From: a bacterium
GTDB taxonomy: Bacteria; Bacillota_I; Bacilli_A; Izemoplasmatales; Hujiaoplasmataceae
DNA length: 64,000 nucleotides
Assembly: GCA_030684695.1 (NCBI GenBank)
Contig: JAUXXX010000127.1
Location: 8,250-72,249 of the forward strand
Reading direction: 5' to 3'
This document shows, piece after piece, positions 57,017 to 64,000 of the stretch (positions within the stretch are counted from its first letter, which is position 1; every line of letters begins with the position of its first letter). Below the pieces are notes generated by a model that had not been told where the DNA came from, made no database searches, and saw only the letters and a program-made list of their open reading frames with translations. The position numbers and the translations under genes were made by a program.

Positions 57017-58573
57017 TTAGTTTTGAATTGATGAAGCAGTCATCACACAATTCTTTCCATTTTTTTTAGCCTGATACATTCCCATATCCGCTTGGTAAAT
57101 ATGGTTCATAATATCTTGGTTTCCATCCACCATTCCATGACTTACTCCAATGGATACCTGAATTTGAATTTTTATTTCCCCATATACAAACCATCTATTT
57201 TCTACAGCTATTCGGGCAATATCAGACAAACGCAGTGCTTCCTCCAAACTTACTTGAGGCAGCAATCCAACAAACTCTTCCCCACCATAACGAGAAAAGA
57301 TAGCATTATCTGGCAGGTTTCGGTAAAGAATATTACTTAGATCCTCTAATAACAAATCCCCCACTAAATGTCCATGGGTATCATTCACAAGTTTAAAGTC
57401 GTCAATATCTATCATCATTACTGCAAATGACTCTTGTGAACGAAATGCAGATTGAAAATACCGATCCACTCTTTCAAAGAACGCTCTTCTGTTCAATAGC
57501 TTTGTTAATGCGTCATGAGAAGCATCAAAATCCAAGCGTTCAATCTTTTCTAGGTAGGCTGTCATATCGTTAAATTTTAGCAAATATCCATTTATCCGTC
57601 CACGCTTTGTTTTTAAATCGACGGTTTCTACGATATAACGTTTCTCTTTGATGAAAAAGGTACTTGTTTGTTTCAAAAAAATCGCGGAATATACTTCGTC
57701 ATCTCGAATGTAGCGTTTAAGTGGCATACGATATAAAAGGGGTCTTGATTGAAGGGATTGGATGGCTTGATTCCATGAAACGATTTCGAATCGATCGTCA
57801 AGAAGCAACATCGGATCTGTCGAATGCTCAAATGTAGCTCGGTGCGCAAGTGGAGCCAAATCAAACACTTCGTAATTGACAGTGGCATATAAAATAATAT
57901 AACCAAGAATCACATACAAATACAAAGAAAGATCGATTCCCAAGGTATGGGTTGTCAGGAATATTGGAATTGTTGCGACAGCTGTTATGGCAGAGCAAAA
58001 CATCATTGCAAACGATTGCTTCTTTTGAATTCCAGAAGATTTGATAAAAATCTTAGCATACATTCCTGTTACAATTAATACAAGTATCACATTATATACT
58101 GCGTTCACAAAATAAAGGAAGCCCTTTTCAATGATTAATATTGCTAATCCAAAATTATCAATCGATAAGGAGTTGTCGATATCAAAGGATTTGTAATACC
58201 AATCCATCGAGGTAAAGTAGCTTAGTTGAGCAGCGAAAAACACAAGCAGCGGGACTACTAAGAATGCATAATGCTTTTTGAGCGAGAAATGATAGCTTGG
58301 TGTTTTAAAACGAATGGCAATGATCAACCAAATTGTTGATAGAAACGGGATGGCTAAATATTGAACTCGATTTGACAGCACTTTAGTAAGTTCCGTTTCA
58401 CTCATTAACTCAAGTGCATAACCAAATGCATAAACAGCTTCTAAGACAAACAAAAGCCCAATTTGAGACAGACCATTTCGACGAGGAATACGTACAAAAA
58501 TAACAATAGCGATGGCCAATGCCACCACAGCCAATGCAATCGTACCTCCAATAAGCAAATAATCTAGCCTCAT
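57017..58573 (-). CDS. membrane-bound diguanylate cyclase (7-TM sensor + PAS-like + GGDEF)
   Basis: Seven N-terminal TM helices. GGDEF domain with LTKLLNRRAF, DIDDFKLVND, and active-site RYGGEEF. No RxxD I-site five residues upstream. Confidence 0.85.
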   Translation of the reverse strand: MRLDYLLIGGTIALAVVALAIAIVIFVRIPRRNGLSQIGLLFVLEAVYAFGYALELMSETELTKVLSNRVQYLAIPFLSTIWLIIAIRFKTPSYHFSLKKHYAFLVVPLLVFFAAQLSYFTSMDWYYKSFDIDNSLSIDNFGLAILIIEKGFLYFVNAVYNVILVLIVTGMYAKIFIKSSGIQKKQSFAMMFCSAITAVATIPIFLTTHTLGIDLSLYLYVILGYIILYATVNYEVFDLAPLAHRATFEHSTDPMLLLDDRFEIVSWNQAIQSLQSRPLLYRMPLKRYIRDDEVYSAIFLKQTSTFFIKEKRYIVETVDLKTKRGRINGYLLKFNDMTAYLEKIERLDFDASHDALTKLLNRRAFFERVDRYFQSAFRSQESFAVMMIDIDDFKLVNDTHGHLVGDLLLEDLSNILYRNLPDNAIFSRYGGEEFVGLLPQVSLEEALRLSDIARIAVENRWFVYGEIKIQIQVSIGVSHGMVDGNQDIMNHIYQADMGMYQAKKNGKNCVMTASSIQN

Positions 58574-58628
58574 GATTTCACCCACTTTTTTTTATTATAT
58601 CACGAGTCATCTTGAAGTATCATAGAGT

Positions 58629-58679
58629 CAAAAAAAAGAAGCAATACATTTCGTTGATTTCAACAAATTGTATTGCTTC
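58629..58679 (-). terminator. terminator after the ABC-F gene
   Basis: 11-bp stem GAAGCAATACA/TGTATTGCTTC, followed on the minus strand by U8. Confidence 0.75.
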
Positions 58680-58682
58680 ATA

Positions 58683-60278
58683 TTATTTCACTGCTTTTTC
58701 TAACGCTTCGATTTCATCGATGTATTCGTCGTAAGTAACCATCTTGTCATAAACGATACTTTGATCAATCACAATCACTCGATTCGCAACTGTTGACATA
58801 ATCTCTTGGTCATGACTGGTAAACAAAAGGTTTCCTTTAAAACGGGTCATTCCTTGATTGAGTGCAGTAATGGATTCTAAGTCCAAATGGTTGGTAGGGT
58901 CATCCATAATTAATGCATTCGCCCCAGAAAGCATCATCTTAATGAGCATCATCCGTACTCGTTCTCCTCCGGATAATACATCACTCATTTTAAGGGATTC
59001 ATCTCCTGAAAACAACATTCTACCAAGCCATCCTCGTATAAAGGTTTCGGCTTGCTCTGTTCCGGTGTATTGACGAACCCAATCAATGAGATTGATTTTC
59101 TTCTTAAAGAACGCTCCATTGTCCTGTGGAAAGTTCGCTGTTGTAATAGTGACTCCCCATTTAAAAGATCCTGTAAAAGCAGAGTCCTCTCCAGCCAATA
59201 CTTGGAATAGACTGGTAAGTACTAGTGTATTATCACATAAGAACGCAATCTTTTCGTTTTTTCTAATCGTAAAATTAATGTTTTTAAATAATCCTGGTTT
59301 TGTGAGGTTTTCAACAACCAAGATTTCATTTCCCACTTCCCTAGACATTTGAAAATCAATAAATGGATATCTGCGTAGTGAAGGTTTGATATCATTTAGT
59401 ACAATCTTATCCAACGCTTTCTTACGTGAAGTGGCTTGTTTCGCTTTGGATTTATTCGCCGAGAACCGGCGAATAAAATCTTCTAATTCCTTAATTTTTT
59501 GTTCGGATTTTTTGTTTTGATCTTTGGCTTGACGTAGAGCTAATTGACTCGATTCATACCAGAAATCGTAGTTCCCAGGGTATAAGCTGATCCGTCCATA
59601 TTCCACGTCGCATATATGAGTACAAACATTATTCAAAAAATGACGGTCATGGCTCACAATGAGAACTGTGTTTTCAAAATTGATTAAGAAATTTTCAAGC
59701 CAACGTACGCTAATAGGATCAAGATTATTGGTGGGCTCATCTAGGAGTAATACTTCGGGATTGCCAAATATTGCTTGAGCAAGTAAAATTTTGACCTTTT
59801 GCTTGGCGTCTAGTTTTCCCATTTTTTCGTGAAACACAGTTGTTTTAATACCTAGTCCAATTAGTAGAATTTCTGCATTACTTTCAGCATTCCATCCATC
59901 TAGTTCCATAAACTCTGCTTCTAGATCAGCAAGCTTCATCCCGATTTCATCCGTAAATTCAGTGACTTCGTAAAGTCGATCTTTTTCTTGGATGATTTCA
60001 ACTAAACGTTTATGTCCTTGTAATACCGTCTCAATCACCGTAAAAGAGTCAAAAGCATTTTGATTTTGACTTAAAATTGAAAGCCTTGCCAACGGGTCCA
60101 ACCAAACGCTTCCAGCTGTTGGTTCAATTTCCTCGGTTAAGATTTTCAAAAAAGTGGTTTTACCAGCGCCATTTGCGCCAATAACCCCATATGCATTTCC
60201 TTTAGTAAATTCTAAGTTGACTTCTGAGAACAACTTACGACCACCAAATGATAGTTCAACGTTCATTACTTTTAACAT
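58683..60278 (-). CDS. ABC-F family ATPase (YbiT-like) with a degenerate second nucleotide-binding site
   Basis: Two NBDs and no TMD. NBD1 has GANGAGKTT and LLLDEPTNNLD. The inter-domain linker is basic. NBD2 has LSGGERVR, but its Walker A reads FLCDNTLVLTS and its Walker B reads IMDDPTNHLD. Confidence 0.85.
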   Translation of the reverse strand: MLKVMNVELSFGGRKLFSEVNLEFTKGNAYGVIGANGAGKTTFLKILTEEIEPTAGSVWLDPLARLSILSQNQNAFDSFTVIETVLQGHKRLVEIIQEKDRLYEVTEFTDEIGMKLADLEAEFMELDGWNAESNAEILLIGLGIKTTVFHEKMGKLDAKQKVKILLAQAIFGNPEVLLLDEPTNNLDPISVRWLENFLINFENTVLIVSHDRHFLNNVCTHICDVEYGRISLYPGNYDFWYESSQLALRQAKDQNKKSEQKIKELEDFIRRFSANKSKAKQATSRKKALDKIVLNDIKPSLRRYPFIDFQMSREVGNEILVVENLTKPGLFKNINFTIRKNEKIAFLCDNTLVLTSLFQVLAGEDSAFTGSFKWGVTITTANFPQDNGAFFKKKINLIDWVRQYTGTEQAETFIRGWLGRMLFSGDESLKMSDVLSGGERVRMMLIKMMLSGANALIMDDPTNHLDLESITALNQGMTRFKGNLLFTSHDQEIMSTVANRVIVIDQSIVYDKMVTYDEYIDEIEALEKAVK

Positions 60279-60281
60279 ATT

Positions 60282-61451
60282 TTATACCTCCTGAATGTTT
60301 CTGGAGTTTGGAACCTTTGTGCCCGGTGGGAAAACAAGGTAAAAAACCAAACCAATTGCAATGATAATCATGTGAATCATATAAAACAGACCATATCCAT
60401 ATTGCTCAATGAAATGACCAAAATACAAACTACCTAACCCCGTATAAATACTAAATGTTAATGTAATGAGCAAAATCCCTAAAAAGACATTTTCAACCTT
60501 AACAATTTTTAAAACGACCTTGATATGAGCAAACAAAATAATTCCCCAAGCAATTCCCCTAAACAAAGTAGAAATCGCAACAATCCATATTGGCATGTTT
60601 AGTGCATATACGAGGAAGCGAAGCGAAAACATCACAGTAGCTGCGATATACAAATGACGTTCTTTAAATTGATTTGGGTGTAAGATTAAGTACCGCATCA
60701 TGAGTACTTCCGCCACAATAAACGCTGAGAAAATAAAGCCATATTCTGTTGTTGTTAACGACCTTGCGGAGGTAAGATATACTGCAAAGAAGGAATCTCC
60801 AATGCGCACACTACCAATCACAATGGTGTAAAAGATTAAATAGCGGAAGAAACTTTTGTTTTTAAGTAGCGCCTTTAAATCTCGCTTGGGTCGTTGTTCA
60901 TGCGTGGAGGGTTCCTCTAGTGGCTTGATCCATGAAGTAATAATCGCTGTCAACCCAAAGAACACACCTGCGATGACAAATAAGATATCAAAACTTAGCC
61001 ACAAAATGGCAATTCCAGCAATCGAAGATGCTACGACATAAGCGATGGATGCATGAATACGAATGGAGGTATAATCTATCTTTTCTTTGTTCGTAAACAG
61101 AGCTGTGAACCCATCTTGAATGGGCATATAAGGAGAACAAAAGAAAGCAATCAATGTAATCAATAAAGCATACAACTCAAACCCTGAAACTTGGGTAATC
61201 AGAATAATCGCAATTCCTTCAATAATGGTCATTAATTTTAGGATGCGTCTACTGGTTCTTGCATCCTTCACAAGGAAATTCCATAAGGGATTTACAAGAA
61301 TGGTTGTAATTGGAGTAATCGCCAGAATGACGCCTAATTCAGACTCACTTAACCCTTTTGAAACAAAGTAAATACTCATAAAGGGATAAAACAAAGCATC
61401 TCCAAAAAAACGGATGAAGTAAAAAAGTTTAAACTTTACAGTTTCACTCAA
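60282..61451 (-). CDS. MFS transporter (MFS_1_like/PPP-type)
   Basis: 12 TM helices. TTG start with GGGGTGA RBS. Confidence 0.75.
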   Translation of the reverse strand: MSETVKFKLFYFIRFFGDALFYPFMSIYFVSKGLSESELGVILAITPITTILVNPLWNFLVKDARTSRRILKLMTIIEGIAIILITQVSGFELYALLITLIAFFCSPYMPIQDGFTALFTNKEKIDYTSIRIHASIAYVVASSIAGIAILWLSFDILFVIAGVFFGLTAIITSWIKPLEEPSTHEQRPKRDLKALLKNKSFFRYLIFYTIVIGSVRIGDSFFAVYLTSARSLTTTEYGFIFSAFIVAEVLMMRYLILHPNQFKERHLYIAATVMFSLRFLVYALNMPIWIVAISTLFRGIAWGIILFAHIKVVLKIVKVENVFLGILLITLTFSIYTGLGSLYFGHFIEQYGYGLFYMIHMIIIAIGLVFYLVFPPGTKVPNSRNIQEV

Positions 61452-61465
61452 CTAGATCACCCCAT

Positions 61466-61564
61466 CTATCTTCCATATCGACAAATTATTATACATGGAA
61501 TCATCAATAATTGCAACAACTTAAAGGCGCCAAACCACATAAAAATAGGTGTCACTGAATCCAT
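61466..61564 (-). CDS. possible 32-aa hydrophobic micropeptide upstream of the MFS gene
   Basis: AGAGGAG RBS 7 nt before the ATG. Sequence MDSVTPIFMWFGAFKLLQLLMIPCIIICRYGR*. The stop lies 14 nt before the MFS TTG start. Below the ORF-track size cut-off. Confidence 0.25.
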   Translation of the reverse strand: MDSVTPIFMWFGAFKLLQLLMIPCIIICRYGR

Positions 61565-61773
61565 TAGATTCTCCTCTTTCAATCAACGATTTTCTTATGA
61601 TACTTTCATTCATGATTGAAATGTACCGCTGTATTTATTCCACCTCTTTGGTCGTTACAAGATCTAAAATTTACGATTCATAAAAATTATTTTTCCTTTT
61701 GAAGAATGGCTTCATTTGGCTCAATACCTAAAAAACATAAAATAATCGTGAAAAAATATTTCAAATAGAGGCC

Positions 61774-61802
61774 TTGACAAAGGCTCTTGAACTCATTAGT
61801 AT
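61774..61802 (+). promoter_or_regulatory. candidate nrdDG promoter
   Basis: TTGACA, 17 nt spacer, TAGTAT, about 40 nt upstream of ATG 61841. Confidence 0.45.
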
Positions 61803-61840
61803 GAATGTTATCTTTGATTCAACGAAGGAGATTTTTCTTG

Positions 61841-63958
61841 ATGTTAAAGCAAATTGTGAAACGTGATCAAACTCTCGCACCATTCCGTAAAGAAAAAATT
61901 GTCTTAGCCATTTATCGAGCCGCGAGTTCTGTTGGAGGAACCGACTTTTCGAAGTCAGAAGAGTTAACAGAAGAAGTCATCCGTATTGCTTCTGTAAAAT
62001 ATCCAAACGGCATCGCTGAGGTGGAAGGCATTCAAGATATTGTAGAAAAAGTATTAATCGAAAATGGTCACGCACGTACAGCGAAAGCATTCATTCTTTA
62101 TCGTGAAAAACGTCGTGCATCCAGAGAAGCGAACGCACTTATTGGTGCCACCATTGAAATGTTCACCGAGTATTTAAACGATCGAGACTGGCAAATCAAT
62201 GAAAATGCCAATACTCAAAAGTCCATCAATGGGTTAAATAACTATGTTCGAGAAGAATTCACAAAAAATTATTGGCTACATGAAATCTATCCTGAAGATG
62301 TGAGAAATGCTCATTTGAATGGTGACATTCATATTCATGACTTAGGTTTTTTTGGACCATACTGCGCGGGATGGGATTTGCGCTTGTTATTAAGCAATGG
62401 GTTTGGTGGTGTCATAGGAAAAGTCGAAAGTCGTCCACCAAAGCATTTTCGCTCCTTCCTTGGTCAAATCATCAACTCCACCTTTACCACACAAGGTGAG
62501 ACCGCTGGAGCCCAAGCCTGGTCTTCTTTTGATACGTATGGAGCTCCTTTCATCCGATATGATAAATTAGACTATAAGGGAGTAAAACAAGCTTTACAAG
62601 AGTTTATCTTCAACTTAAATGTCCCAACACGTGTAGGCTTTCAATGTCCGTTTTCCAATCTGACCTTTGATATCATCGCTCCATCCACCTTACGTAATCA
62701 AAACGTCTTGATTGGTGGGAAACTAATGCCAGAAACCTATGGCGATTTCCAAGCAGAGATGGATTTACTCAACATCGCATTTTGCGATGTCATGATGGAA
62801 GGCGACGCCAAAGGCAGAGTCTTTACATTCCCGATTCCAACCATCAATGTTACAAAAGACTTTGATTGGAACAGTCCTGTTGTTGAAAAATACATGGAAA
62901 TCACTGCAAAGTATGGAATCCCATATTTTTCCAATTATGTCAACTCTGATTTATCGCCAGAAGATGCCCTTTCAATGTGTTGCCGTCTTCGTCTCGATAC
63001 TACCGAACTACGGAAACGTGGTGGTGGGTTGTTTGGATCAAACCCATTGACTGGTTCGATTGGAGTTGTTACAATTAACCTTCCCCGATTGGCATATTTA
63101 TCAAAAACCGAATCTGAATTTTTCACAAGACTGTGGGAAACGATTAATATCTCAAAGAAAAGTTTGGAACTAAAACGTAAAGTGATTGAGGAACAAACAA
63201 CCAAAGGCTTGTATCCTTATAGTCAACATTATCTACAAGACGTGAAACTAAAAAGTGGAAGTTATTGGTTTAATCACTTCAACACCATTGGACTCATTGG
63301 AATGAATGAAGCTGCGCAAAATCTGTACGGAGAATCTTGTGACATTACGACTCCTTTGGGTCAAGAGTTTGCAGTCCGTACATTACACTATATGCGTGAT
63401 GTGATTAAAGATATTCAAGAAGAAACCGGCAATTACTACAATCTGGAAGCTACCCCCGCAGAAGGTACCGCTTATCGTTTAGCCAAAAACGACAAATCGA
63501 AGTTTCCAAACATCATCACCTCCGGACATGAAGTGCCCTATTACACCAACTCCACGCAACTGCCTGTTGGGTATACTTCTGACATTTTTGAAACCTTAGA
63601 TTTACAAGATGAGTTACAATCCCTCTATACCGGGGGTACCGTCCTTCACTTGTATGTAGGGGAACGAGTCAAAGATATCCAAACAACCAAATCCTTAATC
63701 CAAAAAATCTTTACCAAATATAAACTTCCTTACGTCTCCATTACTCCAACATTTTCTGTATGTAATGAGCATGGATATTTATCGGGAGAACATTTCACTT
63801 GTCCCACATGCGGAAAAGCATCCGAAGTATATACTCGAGTAGTTGGCTACTTACGACCTGTTCAAAACTTTAACAAAGGGAAAAAGGCGGAATATATGGA
63901 TCGCATGAAATATGTCATACAAGAAGAACTTCCACAAACTATGGGGTATGATGTCTAA
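61841..63958 (+). CDS. nrdD: anaerobic ribonucleoside-triphosphate reductase (class III)
   Basis: N-terminal ATP-cone (VKRDQTLAPFRKEKI). C-terminal zinc site CPTCG and glycyl-radical motif RVVGYLRPV. Start at ATG 61841 (AGGAG RBS). Confidence 0.95.
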   Translation: MLKQIVKRDQTLAPFRKEKIVLAIYRAASSVGGTDFSKSEELTEEVIRIASVKYPNGIAEVEGIQDIVEKVLIENGHARTAKAFILYREKRRASREANALIGATIEMFTEYLNDRDWQINENANTQKSINGLNNYVREEFTKNYWLHEIYPEDVRNAHLNGDIHIHDLGFFGPYCAGWDLRLLLSNGFGGVIGKVESRPPKHFRSFLGQIINSTFTTQGETAGAQAWSSFDTYGAPFIRYDKLDYKGVKQALQEFIFNLNVPTRVGFQCPFSNLTFDIIAPSTLRNQNVLIGGKLMPETYGDFQAEMDLLNIAFCDVMMEGDAKGRVFTFPIPTINVTKDFDWNSPVVEKYMEITAKYGIPYFSNYVNSDLSPEDALSMCCRLRLDTTELRKRGGGLFGSNPLTGSIGVVTINLPRLAYLSKTESEFFTRLWETINISKKSLELKRKVIEEQTTKGLYPYSQHYLQDVKLKSGSYWFNHFNTIGLIGMNEAAQNLYGESCDITTPLGQEFAVRTLHYMRDVIKDIQEETGNYYNLEATPAEGTAYRLAKNDKSKFPNIITSGHEVPYYTNSTQLPVGYTSDIFETLDLQDELQSLYTGGTVLHLYVGERVKDIQTTKSLIQKIFTKYKLPYVSITPTFSVCNEHGYLSGEHFTCPTCGKASEVYTRVVGYLRPVQNFNKGKKAEYMDRMKYVIQEELPQTMGYDV

Positions 63959-64000
63959 TGTTTGTGGGCATCATCAAGTCTTCTTTAATTGACTATCCGG
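63958..64000 (+). CDS. nrdG: anaerobic RNR activating protein, first 14 codons (truncated by the window end)
   Basis: The ATG overlaps the nrdD TAA (TAATG). MFVGIIKSSLIDYP matches the conserved NrdG N-terminus (xSLIDYPG). The nrdD-nrdG synteny also fits. Confidence 0.7.
   Translation, partial: MFVGIIKSSLIDYP

Noticed and set aside
61527-61546. Imperfect palindrome CACATAaaaaTAGGTG as a possible NrdR box for nrdDG.
   Set aside because: It matches the NrdR consensus (acaCwAtATaTwGtgt) at only about 10 of 16 positions. It lies roughly 300 bp from nrdD, on the far side of its candidate promoter. There is no second box at the usual 31-32 bp phasing.
1-64000. Alternative genetic code (UGA=Trp), as in many Mollicutes.
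   Set aside because: Long conserved genes (dnaE, uvrB, nrdD, ABC proteins) are uninterrupted under the standard code, and a tRNA-Trp with anticodon CCA is present.

Overview
The window is a low-GC chromosomal segment that uses the standard genetic code; long ORFs are intact, so there is no UGA recoding. The gene content suggests Bacillota or an Acholeplasma/Erysipelotrichia-like organism. It is gene-dense and mostly on the minus strand.

Housekeeping genes I recognise:
- uvrB, dnaE, pfkA, ackA with a ytxK-like methyltransferase, yidD, and nrdD with the start of nrdG.
- A RumA-type 23S rRNA methyltransferase, fused msrAB, and zupT.
- A BMP-family nucleoside ABC importer, heterodimeric ABC exporters, and a YbiT-like ABC-F protein.
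- A U32 peptidase-family protein, DegV, and an EF-G paralog.
- A tRNA His-Gln-Lys-Leu operon and a separate tRNA-Trp.

Accessory or unusual content:
1. A terminator-bounded cassette at 53.5-55.7 kb. It encodes a Sec-secreted protein made of six tandem ADDPEPEIVYP units, followed by a 431-aa HTH/TPR-like regulator. I interpret it as a candidate multi-copy peptide-pheromone (RNPP-like) signalling module. This is the best candidate for something undescribed.
2. An AT-rich islet 3' of tRNA-Leu, carrying an AlbA_2/Schlafen-type ATPase-like gene and a truncated AAA ATPase remnant.
3. A MacB/FtsX-type ABC system linked to two surface lipoproteins, one of them an endonuclease I.
4. A DUF2089/SHOCT-like/MFS cluster.
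5. A GGDEF cyclase coupled to a zinc-ribbon acyltransferase.

No CRISPR array, rRNA gene, transposase or integrase was seen. All calls come from reading translations and motifs; no database search was run.
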